A stretch of 64,000 nucleotides of DNA, from assembly GCA_021613535.1 (NCBI GenBank), contig CP075494.1, positions 8,618,001-8,682,000 of the forward strand, read 5' to 3'. The notes below the pieces were generated by a model. It had not been told where the DNA came from, did not search any database, and saw only the letters and a list, made by a program, of their open reading frames with translations. Made by a program: the position numbers and the translations under genes. The DNA is from Adineta vaga (Eukaryota > Animalia > Rotifera). Positions 1-15,100 of this stretch are shown here, one piece after another (the first letter of the stretch is position 1; every line of letters starts with the position of its first letter).

Positions 1-281
1 GAAACAAAGAGGATTTTCTATCTGTTGGAGTTCTTAAATTGAAAGCTAATGACTTCTTTGACCTATTTAATCCTTTCATTTACATTTTTATTTATTGTTC
101 GAAGAAGGGTAAATGATTTTCAGATAATTGAGGATTATGGCGAGAATAAAACCTAATAGAACATTATTCTAATAAGATCTACTCTTAAAGAATATATGTA
201 TATTTTAATTCAAAAGACATTTTTCCATGATAAAAGGATTGTCATGAATGTAATAAACTAAAGTATGAAAAATGTGATAGT

Positions 282-1322
282 TTAAAATTTAGTTGTTTGT
301 AATCGTGGATTTTTATTTGATACAGCTTTTTGTGCATTTGTTGTCGTCGGCTGAACTCGTCCTGCATTTGTTCGACTACGAAATTGATTAGTTTTTACAT
401 ACAGAAAAGTTCTTCGCCATTCTTGCCAAAAACGAACATCTAATGCAGCAATGATAATTGGATCTAGGACGATTTCAATAAAATTAAGTAATCGAACATT
501 ACGAGTAATTATATCATCACTGATTGATATTTGAAAAACAATAACATTTGGTGACCATAGTGAAACCCAAATAATATAGAAAAGAAGAAATTGAATAACT
601 AATGAACGATTATATTTTTCACGTGCCGAAACATGATGTGCTGCTCGTTGTAACGTTGATGTTAATCGAACATGACGAACGCTCATATAAATGACGAGAA
701 TGTTGAGAAAGATCGGAAGAGCAAACGCAGTGATAACATTGAAAACTTGAATGTAAATATTTGTATAAACAACTTGACAAGAATCTCTTGGAATTATTTT
801 TATTTGACTCCAACCAGTATAAAATTGTACAAATAATGAAATCGCTGGTAAAATATAGATGAGTAAATGCGAAAGAATCAATGATTTAGTATGAATACGA
901 TAAACATTTCGATTATATGCAATTTGAATATAACGACAGACATTTAAAGCTAAAAGAATATAGACTTCAAGAATGTTCATATAGTTGTCGAGAAGTGCTT
1001 CGAAATAATACATAAATAAAACCCATGATCGATTTGGATTACAATCAGCTGTTGTTGTGTAAATAATATAGATAAAAAAGTATCGAAAAAGTAGAAAAAT
1101 ATCTGTCACTAAATATGCATAGAGCCATTGCATTGAACTTTGTCGAACGGAGGAACAAAAGGCTAGTTGTAACCAAAAGATAGAATGAGTAAATATAGCT
1201 GCAATACAAACGATAAGTCGAGCTCTTCGATTTTCTATAGCTGACTCTGTCCATAAGAGTGGTTGTGGGCATAGAACATCTGTACCATTCAGACTCACTA
1301 ATGGCAATGTTATATTATCCAT
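282..1322 (-). CDS. Orphan rhodopsin-like 7TM receptor, intronless CDS
   Basis: Seven hydrophobic segments; TM3 LALNVCRYIQI (DRY variant), ECL2 Cys, TM6 WSPN, TM7 LDPIIIAALDVRF (NPxxY variant). Likely ATG at 1322 (MDNITLP); the ORF-track start at 1370 is non-ATG and a 43-nt GT-AG intron (1372-1414) lies just upstream. Confidence 0.8.
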   Translation of the reverse strand: MDNITLPLVSLNGTDVLCPQPLLWTESAIENRRARLIVCIAAIFTHSIFWLQLAFCSSVRQSSMQWLYAYLVTDIFLLFRYFFIYIIYTTTADCNPNRSWVLFMYYFEALLDNYMNILEVYILLALNVCRYIQIAYNRNVYRIHTKSLILSHLLIYILPAISLFVQFYTGWSQIKIIPRDSCQVVYTNIYIQVFNVITAFALPIFLNILVIYMSVRHVRLTSTLQRAAHHVSAREKYNRSLVIQFLLFYIIWVSLWSPNVIVFQISISDDIITRNVRLLNFIEIVLDPIIIAALDVRFWQEWRRTFLYVKTNQFRSRTNAGRVQPTTTNAQKAVSNKNPRLQTTKF

Positions 1323-2475
1323 TTCGAGTGGCAAATGTCTTCTTGAGAGTTTCTTTAGCAAATATGACAATCTAGAAAAGTGCTTTATCTATATATATAT
1401 AGATAGACATTTACCTGATAATTAGAAAGATGACGGAAGCTTATTTGATGTGCATGATAATAATGAACTTCTGTACTGTCAAAAAATAATATGATAAAAG
1501 GACATCTAGCACGATACCTAGTTGAATCAAAGTATATACAGTGTATTCATCATTTTATAACTCAACAAAAGACGAAGTACTTAAAAGCTCAATATCTATT
1601 TTTCAGTAAAGAAAAGTTCCATCTTAATTCATGCTAGAATACCTTTCATTTGTTGTACGATAGATCTTAACGGATCAAATGCACTTGGTATATATTAAGA
1701 GTAATTGAAGCAAATTATAACCATCTCAATACTAGACTTGTTATTTCAATTATAATAATGATAGTGAAATAAGATCGTTATTTTCTACTTTATTATGAAT
1801 TTCAATTGGGTGTATGGCATGCTACAGAAATAGATAAGAAAAGAAAATGTAGTATCAGATATTCATATTCAGAGGTAACGATAGAGAGCAAAATAAGTCA
1901 AAGACAATATGCTAAAAGCTTGAGAAAGAACATTTTAATAATACAGATATGTAGAACAAAATTATAATATATTAACAGATTGTTAGAAAGTTCTTTTCAC
2001 TTATAAGTTGTTGTGAGACAGTTCGACATTCTAGAGAATCCATTAAAAATTAAAAAAACTCATTGAATTGTCATTCTAAATACATTTCGATATAGTATTG
2101 ATGAACAAAAGAATACATTTGCTTCCTGGTCATTTGAAGAATAACTGTCCTTCTAGAGCTATTGAACGTGTTACAATCTTGTCTACACAACATGCTTTTG
2201 GACAGTTTATAATGATCATTGTTACTCCAGGGTTGTATGCTTCTTTCAAAATTTCAGGTCTCATCATCTATATCATTCAGTTATTAATAATTATACTCTC
2301 GCCAGTTCGTTCACTATATTTTGTATGCGTGCCGTAGCGACATCTAGATTGACATACGCAACCGCGAGCGAGGATATTATTTTTTGCTTCGATAGAAATG
2401 GCGAAGGAAGAAAATCAAATCACTCTGTATCTATAAATAAAATATATAATATAGTATTTATTGATTTCCTTTCCG

Positions 2476-4647
<2,172 letters not shown>

Positions 4648-5204
4648 ACATTTATCAACATTATCTCCATTAAAAACAACGTCATTTGATTTCTTTTTCT
4701 GTTTTGTGTAACTTTAGTTTATTTTTGTTTTGCACCTCTCAGAGATCATCTAATAAACAAAACACGAATAGTACTGTCTCCGTAACAATTAGACAGTTAA
4801 TAAAATGCAAAAAAAGTTTTTTACGTGACTAAAATCATTTTTATATGTCGATTACGTCTCTGGATCTTGTTCATTCAATATGAAAATAAAATACAACTCT
4901 TTCATCATAATCTCTAGTAATTATCTTTCTTAATCAGTGATAATAAGTATGATGTGAAGAAGTTACAAGTTTATTTCAAATCAAAACTATACAATAAGTT
5001 TCAAGAATGGATGAGATGAAATATCTAACATGCATGGTATACGAAATGGAAGAATTTCTAAACAAAAAATAAAGATTAGAAAAGTATATTTTTTTATGAC
5101 ATAGTTATGTTACCAAAAAGTTTAACATATTTTGACATTTGTGATAGTATCCTGAATTACATGTGAAAGAAGATGAAAAAAAGAAATATATCGTTCATCA
5201 TATC

Positions 5205-5645
5205 ATAAATCTTTTTTAAAATCAATATATACTATACTATCCTCTTCAATTGTAAAGTGACCATCAGCTTTAAGAACTCTTAGGAAATTAATCTTGTATT
5301 GATCAGCTTGTAAATCAATAGCATTTGTTAAACATTTTGTTATCCAATCCATTCATTTGTTCTGGTGTATCTGAAAATTAAAATCTTACACTGATACTCA
5401 GATTGAGAGTGAGGCAAATGCATTACTAATACATTGCTCTGTTGTTCTAATTACATTGTGTTCACCATGCTTCAAAATTGCATGACTATTTCGTTTGTTT
5501 TCATCAATAACACAAATTTTTACAGGTTTATGAGATTCATTGAAGACAATACATCCTGTCATTCTACTTCGGCTAAAGTATTTATTTGGTCTATTTGGAA
5601 AACGCAATTGACAGGCATTCTAAATCTAGTTTTCGTAATTTTCTT
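5205..5645 (-). pseudogene. Degenerate spliced fragment resembling a PH-domain C-terminus
   Basis: A GTAAG...TTTCAG intron joins ...NAFASLSI*VS to DTPEQMN, then a 1-nt frameshift gives DWITKCLTNAIDLQ, like the terminal helix of PH domains. Contains a stop and a frameshift. Confidence 0.3.
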
Positions 5646-6977
5646 TGAAGAATGAAATCAAAATCAGAGACAAGAGTAAATGTAAAACTAATTATATACT
5701 ACCCTATTGTTTTATATTTTCTAGAATTAAATATAGTTTTACTCAATATCGTGTGTGAAAAATGAACTAATTTTTCTTTTTGAATTGCAAATTTCTAATT
5801 GAAATATATATTAGTATGAATAATATATTAAAAAACTTATAAGCAACAATATACGATGTATTTAACATAATAAAGTAGAATATATTTTGTGTGAACTCCT
5901 TTCACAGGCACTACTGAAAACTAAAGAAATGCGAAGAATAATAGATCTTCAAAAGAATTTGTGGAAGAATAGCGCAAGTTGATTAATTGATATAGTAGCT
6001 ATAAACACTCTCAACGTATCAATTTGAAATTTATAGATACTATCTCTTATAGTGCTCCATTATTCACTAGAAAGAAGTGTTGATAGAGTTGTTGTTATTG
6101 TTGTGGACTATATTTACGATATAGGAATATTTGCACTCTGTTGTACGGGTACAATAACATTATAATATAATATTTTCGTGTGCTTCCCTGAACTGAAGAC
6201 AAAGAAAAACAAGATTCCGTACGCATCTCTCTCATTGATATTGATAGATTAAATAGTTATTGCACGCGAATAGACCAATCGAATGATTTAGTACAGCAAC
6301 ACAATACATGCAGTCAGATATAAAGAAGGCAAAATATATGTGTCACAATCATTTTATAGGTTTGCGAAAGTTTTTTCGTCTTCAATTTTTTAGTAACGAA
6401 AGAAGAGTGAGTCTTAAAATATGATTTTAATACTCCTTTATTATCGAATACCTACAAAAAGTATTCGATAGAGAAAAAAATTAAATGAGATTATAATTCA
6501 GTCTCGAGATACTGGTAAGATTTAATGTAAAATAAGGTCAATTCGAAAATAAACTCTCAGTTACATAAGAAAAATAGAAAACAATGATGCTAGCATGAAC
6601 TTCGATACGTCTTCACATTTCATTTATAATAAAACTATGTTATTGATGATAAATTGCTAATTTAAACAAAGGTAGCTGCATCTATATAAATATATGAGAA
6701 AATAGTTATAGTAGTATATAACCTATAATATACAACATATGAGTACAATAAATCATGATTCAGGGGCAAATTGAAAAATAGAAATATGACATAAAGTCCT
6801 TTTACAATGAGAAAAAGTTACTTTCTTAGGTTATTTTACTTACAAATATGTTCGGTTAATGAAATTAATAAGAAAACAGATTTTTAAAAAGAACGCTTTA
6901 TACAAAATAGAGTATTATAATGAGAATTGATGTATTTTTAGTGTTAATCTTACATAAAAGTCGTATATTAAATTATT

Positions 6978-7523
6978 ATGAATGATACTAATCATTTTCA
7001 AGTCAAAACATCATCTGAAAATGGTGAAACAAATCAAGTAGAATTAAATTTTCGAAATATTCCAGAAGCTGATGCTGTTCAACTACTTCATGGACCATTA
7101 TGGGACGCTATTAAAGAAACAGCATATGCACATAAAATTAATCAAGTTCAAGTTTATCGAAAAGCATGCATGCTTGAAATAGAAGAAATTCTCAAGAATC
7201 TTGGATTTTCTAAAGCACGATCTGAAAAATAGATAAGTGATAGTCTTACTAAAGTATTTAAGTTTAAAAATAATAGTGTATCACAAATTATTCCACAATT
7301 TAAATCGAACGATTCAGGTAAAAGTGTTTATAGTTTTGAAGGTATTCCAGGTGTCGCTTGTCAATCCAAAGCTGCATCAGTTTCTTCAACTGTTGAGAGA
7401 AACATCGGTATAAATAAAGAACATATAGATCAATTAATGTTCTTGATTCAGAGGATCCATGTATTAGAAATGAATACTTACGTTATTTGTCAGAATGTTA
7501 GGAATTCTACAAATAGATTATAG
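6978..7523 (+). pseudogene. ~180-codon frame split by one in-frame TAG; weak GNAT-like similarity
   Basis: The 84-aa ORF ends in TAG at 7230-7232, but the frame stays open for 96 more codons to TAG 7521-7523. EEILKNLGFSK resembles GNAT motif B. Confidence 0.4.
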
Positions 7524-8606
7524 TAAAACTGTTCAAAATGTCGCATTTCATCAACCGACATATAAAAATGAAATGAGTTATATTCAAATGGCATTTGGAA
7601 CACCGAAATAACTCCGTCAAAAAGCTTATATATTCGTAAATCTATGTGAGGGCGAGAATGTGATTAAGCATCAGCAATGACATATTCAACATCTTCATTT
7701 TCAATGTTTGATTTCTTCCACTTCTACTTTTTTTTCTGTTTTCTCAGTGATCATCTATAAAATATGAACAGTACCGCCATGATAACAATTTGCTAGTGAA
7801 TAAGAAGCAAGAGTTTTTCATGTGTTGAACTTTTTTGTATGTTGATTTATATAGACGTAATGCCTGATTATTATCTCTTGACCTTGTTCATTCAATTTGA
7901 AAGGAAAACAGAAACAATACGATGATTTCGAGGACAAGAAAACGTAAAAATGAATTTTTCTGCTGTCAAGCAAGATATTACCTTGAAAAATTGACTGTCT
8001 TTAATAAAAATCCGTTTGAATTTTTTTCTTCGTTCGAAAACGATTATTGTACTTATTATCGGTTGTTTTATATCAAAGAAATACTTCAATCGTTTGTCAT
8101 CGAACTAAGTCAACTTTAATTTTTCGATTTCTGTTTTCTTCGTCAAACAAGAAGGAAAGGAATACTGAGTAAATTTATTTTTGCATTTTGACAATATTCC
8201 GATAAAAGATAAGAAATATCTTCAAAGATTATTCTGAACAAAACAAAAGAAATCTTGCTAATAGTATTCTTCACAATCATTGGTGATATAATATTCGTTC
8301 TTCTCATATTATTTTAATCGACTTTTTTCCTATGGTGCTGATTGAACTTTCTTTTTCTCGGTTTTCTTTTGTAATCGTATTGCATTGAATGTATGGACAC
8401 TCGAGTTGCTAGCAATGACAGTAACATTTGTTTGATCATTATGCTTCCGAACACTATAATGCCCTTGTGCTGATAGCTAAAAGAGAAAGAGAGAGAGAGA
8501 GAGAACGAGAGAAGGAGACAAAGAACACATACACTTTTCTTTTTATTCTGACTGTTATTTCTTTCTTTAAAAACTGTTGTAATGCAGGTGAAAATCTTCT
8601 CTTGAT

Positions 8607-11519
8607 ATGGCGCTTAATTATGAAACATTAATACGTGCTGTTAGTAAATCACCTGAGCAACGAACAATCACTGAAGTGAATGATTTTATAGTTCCATGGT
8701 TAAAACAATCATTAAAAAAGAAACAAGGAATATTTCAAAAGATTTCCGATGGTAAAATCGATGATTTGTTGTTTCTCTTTGACGAAGTTTCGTTTTTTTT
8801 AAAGATCTTATCTATGATATTTGTAAGGCAATTATGTTGGAACGACGTCCAGCATGGGATGTTGTTATTCGACAAAATGATCCAGGTGATACGTAAGCTA
8901 TTAGTCAAGATTATTTGTTATGTATTGTTAGATAATTTGTTTCTTAGATTTTATATTATCTTACAAGGTTCAGTGAATATATATCGACTTGATGATGAGA
9001 TACCTAAATCAAGCGAAGCAGAAGTGAATTTTGAGACTGAATTTATCAAAGTAGACAATGATCCTGAAAAACGTGAAGAATTTATTGCACAAACTTTTGG
9101 TAACTACATCGTTACGTTAGGTAAGCATCAAACAAATGAAAGGTTCTCGTGAGGGTTTGAAAAATATTTTTATTTCTCTGTACCCAGTTACGACTATCAG
9201 CTGTCATCAATTCAAATGTCTGTCTTATAAATAAGAACACGAAAGGTTTATGTTTCTACATAAATCATCGATCAGACGATTTTGACAGTGTTTTTTTTCT
9301 AAGCTGTAAATCATAATTAGTTCTTTTGTACATGAGATTGTTTATCAGAAGTCTAATTTCATAGATACTTCAAATTTTAAAGTTTCAAATAATATGACGT
9401 ATCACTATATACAATCAAAAATGTTTCATTAGAAGAGGGAAATGAATTTTGAAGGACCTTTACAAAATTTATCGTTCCATAAATAATTTCTTTGAGAGTT
9501 TTTCAAAACAACTATTTTTCTTACAAGATGATCAAGTTACATTGATCTATTTTGTGATAATATATACTTCTATAAGATCAAATAATCCTAGAATATTTAC
9601 TTCTTAAAAAAGAAGAACTTTCACTTTTCAATCATATGTCGATTTAACCTTGTAACAAAAGAATTTATTGGCGAACACTTCTATATTTAGTGGGTGGTTC
9701 TGATTTTGGAGAACGAGCACTTATTACAAATGAACCTCGTAGTGCAACAGTAATGACAACCTCACCAACTGATCTATTAGTTGTTGATCGCGAAGTTTTT
9801 AATAGGTATGTCGAAACAATAATTCTCCTAATTCACTCGAATTTATCTTCAAAAACAAATTAGAACATTGAAATCGGCACATGAAAAAGAACTACAAGAT
9901 AAAACCGAATTTATTAATCGTAGTCCTTTATTTTCGTCATGGTCAGCAAGATTAAAACGTCTGGTTAGTCTTAGTTTAGAACGAGGTAGATTTGCATATG
10001 ATAGTGCACTGTATAAACAAGGTACACCTGCTGATGCAGTTTATTTCATTTGGAGGTAAAGAAATATTTTCTGTCCTTTTTTTCCTCTTCAATTTACTAA
10101 AAGCATTCTTTCTTCTCTTCTATTTAGTGGAGAAGTAAAATTAAGTATGGATCCATTATTACATTGGGTTCAATATCCGCATCTTTTACCACAATCAGAC
10201 CCAATGAAACAGTAAAATATTACTACTTATGTGTTGATCGCATAGTTTTACTCAAACATATATATTTCTAGACGTGCATTAGAATTATATCTTCCAATGT
10301 TACAATTATCTCGTCAAACACATACGATGAGAAGTGAAAGTTTTTCGATAAAACGTCGTTCTATGACATTTGCCGAAGCTGAAAAAGAACGTGCTTATCG
10401 AACAATTCAAGTTGCTCTACTAAATACAGGTGATATTATTGGTCTAGAATCCTTTGTCTGTGATCTAACAACACATATGAATTCAGCAAGATGTACAGCA
10501 CCATGTGATCTTTTTTATATTTTAAAACATAATTTTACTCGTTTACAAAAACGACATGCCACACAAGGACTTAGTGAACGTCTACGAGAAATTGTTCTTC
10601 TTACATTACAAGCTTATCCATCACGTATTTTAAATCTACCATTATTTACATCTTTAATGAGACGACAATTAGCACCAGTCATAATTGATGAACAACAACA
10701 TTATCAAAATAAACAATCATGGATTTTTCGCATTCATAATAATTCAAATTCTGTTTGTTATATTTATCTTTTGTTGTACTTTAATTATTCATTGATTGAG
10801 TTATATATATATATAGAATACTCGTCGATTACGAACACCATCACCTCATCCGCCAACACTTAGTCACACTTCACCAACACGTCTAGCTCGAACAACACAA
10901 TTGGGAAGTGCAGCCGCAGTACAATATATGACCAATGATCATGTTCGAGTTAGTAAAATTGAAGATCGTTTAAAACAATGGCATGCACAACTTGGTAATG
11001 ATTCAAAAACACAAATTCGAGCATTAACACGATATGTAAAAGATAAATGAATCATCTTTGTATTGCATTCTTTTATATTTATTTCTTGTAGAATATTGCA
11101 CGACCGACTAAGAGTGCTCTGATGCGAACATCATCACTTGATCTATCGAAAACACACTCTCGCTCTTTGAATATTTCACCCAGGTAAACGATAATTAGAT
11201 TTTTCAAAAAGATCTTATATTATTACATTTGCTATAGTGTGTCTAATTATAACAATGAAATGGTAGTTCCAATTGAACTACTTCCAGAAGCAGACAGTAC
11301 TTTAAATGAGTCTCTGACGACATATCCATTTGTATGTCCGATTAGTTTTGCTTATTTTGATTTGAATTCTATAAGCATTTTTAGAATATATCTTCTCAAT
11401 CAACTCAGCTACCTCAATTGCGGATGTATACGAATCAAGAACGATATGAAGATCTTCGAGCTTATCTCAAACAAGCATGGAAAGAATTTCGTAAACGACC
11501 TATTCCAACTGTTTATTGA
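8607..11519 (+). CDS. Cyclic-nucleotide-binding domain protein with two CNBDs (CNBD2-like), multi-exon
   Basis: CNBD1: VVIRQNDPGDTFYIILQGSVNIY and phosphate-binding cassette DFGERALITNEPRSATV. CNBD2: LYKQGTPADAVYFIW...GDIIGLESF. Last exon ends KRPIPTVY-TGA at 11519. Confidence 0.85.
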
Positions 11520-11829
11520 ACTTCTTTTTCTATTTTAAATAAATTCACTATAATAATAGTTGTATTTGTGCAAGTGTATTATTGTAGATACTTATATGCA
11601 CCAACTAGCTCACAGTTAAAAACGTGCTTTGCGACAAACGATGAGAATCATCAAATTATATTTTTACTATTTTATTGTGGAAATATAGCTATACACAAAT
11701 TCATTATCTTAATTTTTTATTCTGAAAACCTACACCAAAAAGAAAATGACCAATTTATTATTCAGTTTATCAATACACCATGTAGTAAATTCTCTGGGAA
11801 AAAGAATAAACTTTTACTCAAATGTTCAC

Positions 11830-12612
11830 TTACGCATTTACTGGCGATGCGGTTGTAGTACTACGAAACGATGCGCGTTTTCGTGCTGGTAACGAGTTAT
11901 TGCCAGGTGAATTTGTCTGGTTTACAAATGGAGTTGGTCTTGTACCCTTGTTTCCTTGGCGTGAGGGTGGTGTAGATTGAACAGTATTGTTGCTGGATGA
12001 GTCAGCTTGATTGGCTACTGTTGTTGATCGTGGACCAGCAGCACCCTTGTTTCCTTGGCGTGAGGGTGATGTAGATTGAACAGTATTGTTGCTGGATGAG
12101 TCAGCTTGATTGGCTACTGTTGTTGATCGTGGACCAGCAGCACCCTTGTTTCCTTGGCGTGAGGGTGATGTAGATTGAACAGTATTGTTGCTGGATGAGT
12201 CAGCTTGATTGGCTACTGTTGTTGATCGTGGACCAGCAGCACCCTTGTTTCCTTGGCGTGAGGGTGATGTAGATTGAACAGTATTGTTGCTGGATGAGTC
12301 AGCTTGATTGGCTACTGTTGTTGATCGTGGACCAGCAGCACCCTTGTTTCCTTGGCGTGAGGGTGGTGTAGATTCAGCAGTATTGTTCGATGTTCCAACT
12401 TGTTGCATTTGTGGAGGTGCTCGTGAGCCCTTAACTGGTTTATTTCCTTGTATTTGCGGAAGTTTTTGACTCGCTGTAGTTGTGTCTTGATTCTGATTTC
12501 CATTAGTATCAACAATATTTAATTGACTACTAAGATCAATCACTGAGTTAGCTTGCGATGCTACCAATGTGAAAACCACCGATAATAGAAAAAGAGAAGT
12601 TCTGCATACCAT
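11830..12612 (-). CDS. Secreted low-complexity Ser/Thr/Asn/Gln-rich protein with 33-aa tandem repeats
   Basis: Intronless 260-aa ORF with ATG start, signal-peptide-like N-terminus (MVCRTSLFLLSVVFTLVASQA) and a hydrophilic repeat body. Confidence 0.85.
   Translation of the reverse strand: MVCRTSLFLLSVVFTLVASQANSVIDLSSQLNIVDTNGNQNQDTTTASQKLPQIQGNKPVKGSRAPPQMQQVGTSNNTAESTPPSRQGNKGAAGPRSTTVANQADSSSNNTVQSTSPSRQGNKGAAGPRSTTVANQADSSSNNTVQSTSPSRQGNKGAAGPRSTTVANQADSSSNNTVQSTSPSRQGNKGAAGPRSTTVANQADSSSNNTVQSTPPSRQGNKGTRPTPFVNQTNSPGNNSLPARKRASFRSTTTASPVNA
11944..12387. repeat. Coding tandem repeat, 99-bp unit, about 4.5 near-identical copies
   Basis: cccttgtttccttggcgtgagggt recurs at 11945, 12044, 12143, 12242 and 12341. 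Confidence 0.95.
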
Positions 12613-14104
12613 TGTTATGTTGGGAGAACGGAAGTAATAAAAAGAATCTTTTACTGTTGCTTGTATTTAGAAAAAGCCTGTATATTTATATGTCCGTATA
12701 TTCATTTCAGATTACTGTTTGTACTTTTTCAGCACATTATTCGATATGGAAACAGCTGCAATGTAGTAAAAATAATAGTATCTGTATATTTCGATCATCA
12801 ATAATGTCAAACAAAGATTTCTAATAGTCACTTAGATTAAAAATAGTAGAACGATATACTTTTTACTGTCATTATCATTCGAAAAGATTCGCTGGGTACA
12901 TATTTTCGTTCGTCATTCATAATGATAATGATGTCAAAGTGTACACCAGTTGGCTCGTTGGCGAGATGTACTATTTCAGTATTAACGATAAAAAACAAAA
13001 TGGATGCCCAACCAATTAGTGTACTATTCTAGCTATCGTATGATACATTCGATCATACTTGATTTTAATTATCTCGTTTATATTTTGCAATTATGGTAAT
13101 TCAATATAATCAAATAACTACTATTTCCTGCGTTATAATGCTTTGCAAATATCCTATTTTTGGCAAATAAATGAAATGATTGTCGCGGATACGACACTTT
13201 ATATCTTTTTTGTAAAAATAAGAAAATTGGAAGTATCAAGAATGAATGTGTGTCAAAATTCAAGTGCATTTTCATGGATTAATACAAATATACGAAATCT
13301 CGGTATTCATATTCACAGATTTAGTGGTGAAGTTTCTCACTATTCGACAAATTTCGCTCATGTAATTCAATACAAAATAAATTAATCTATTTCTTTCAGT
13401 TTCATTTGTATCCAAATCTCCATAGAATTGATTTTGAATGAGAATGACACATTTCTTATAATGAAAATCAAAATGAGAAATGCAAAACCTTCTTCTTAGT
13501 AGTAACATCGTTACTACATCTTGATTGATGATAATTGTCTCAATGACACACTATGACAGTTATATTATAAAATTGTTTTTTAATTTCGGAAATAATTATT
13601 CTATAATATCATCTATATTTCTAGTTGACATTGTTGAAGATATATAGGTACTCATTGACATATCTATATTCCAAAGAAATCTTCTTTGTAAATGAATCCA
13701 ACCGCAAGATAGAGAACTAATCTAATTCGTCGACATTGTTTAACATGTGATTGATAAGAATACATTTGCTTTTACCAATCCGATGTAGATCCTATGACTA
13801 TTTCATATAAGAATAATCTTGTTAAAGGCCACTATATATGTTAGAATAAGAAAGTCATTTTTCTTTTTTACACATATATATGTAAAGCACAAAAATTACA
13901 TTATTTTCTTGAGAGAAAAAAGTGGTTGGTTATTTTAAAGTTTCAAAGTCGCTGTGTTGTTGTTTGACGAGAAGAGAGAAAAAGGAAGAGGAGCAACGCC
14001 ATGAGATTTTGATAATAGAATATAATCTTCTTAAAAAACTGTGAGCCATCATTCTGGTGCGAACTTTCAGTGCAGTAATTCTTTATTACTACCAACAAAA
14101 AGAA

Positions 14105-15100
14105 ATGATACTATTCGTTCGACGATGCCCGAGAAAATATCACAGAACAGTCATTTTGATATTATTCTTATTTCTTTTTCTTTCAATCAACTATTTATCA
14201 AATACTAATGATTACACTGCTCCACCATCATCTCAATTAATTCAACCATTAGATCGTTCATCGTTATTACATATCAATGGTAATGAAACAAATTTAGGTA
14301 AAATATCTACAGTCTATCTTATTAATCTACCAACGCGTGATGACCGACGAACTGAATCAATAGCATTATTGCAAAGATTAAATTTTGATGCATTCATTGT
14401 TCCTGCATATTCAATTTATTCTCGAGAAATTCTTTCTCGACAAGATTTTCATCTCTTTTTTACAATAACAGAATTAGCTTGTTGGGCAAGTCATATGCGT
14501 TTATGGATGACCATTTCAAATACGACATCGTGTCTTAATAAAACTTGGTCACTTATTTTCGAAGATGATATTGATTTAGAAACAATGACACCACAAATAA
14601 TACAATCGTTTCCAGATTCAATTTGGAATGAAGCCGATCTAATCTATCTTGGTCATTGTGCAAATCCACCTGGAAAATTACTCTATCAATCATCTAAATA
14701 TTCCTATCGTATTCATCAAGCTCTTCATCCAAGTTGTACGCATGCGTATGCAATTCGATCAGACACAGCAAGAAAACTTGTTTATCTTCTATCGAAACCA
14801 TCAAAACCAATTGATAATTCTTTAGTTAAACTTGTAAATAATCATCAATTAGTTGCTTATAGTATCCATCCACCTTTAGCTATGCAAAAGCCAGTTTCAC
14901 AACAAAATCCATCGAATGTCAATCGCATCAATCGAGATTCATGGATTTATCATATACAATTTTCTATTTATACATTTTTACAATGGCTAAATGGTGTTGA
15001 ATTGTATGATACATTGAAAAATTCAACATTGAAAATAGCAAATTTTACCAATGCAAAACATTGGAGAGCAAAATATGAAAAAGGAATATGGAAATATTAG
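14105..15100 (+). CDS. Glycosyltransferase family 25, type II membrane, intronless
   Basis: N-terminal TM anchor; GT25 motifs YLINLPTRDDRR, ELACWASH, LIFEDD, CTHAYAI and PID. First ATG at 14105. Confidence 0.85.
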   Translation: MILFVRRCPRKYHRTVILILFLFLFLSINYLSNTNDYTAPPSSQLIQPLDRSSLLHINGNETNLGKISTVYLINLPTRDDRRTESIALLQRLNFDAFIVPAYSIYSREILSRQDFHLFFTITELACWASHMRLWMTISNTTSCLNKTWSLIFEDDIDLETMTPQIIQSFPDSIWNEADLIYLGHCANPPGKLLYQSSKYSYRIHQALHPSCTHAYAIRSDTARKLVYLLSKPSKPIDNSLVKLVNNHQLVAYSIHPPLAMQKPVSQQNPSNVNRINRDSWIYHIQFSIYTFLQWLNGVELYDTLKNSTLKIANFTNAKHWRAKYEKGIWKY

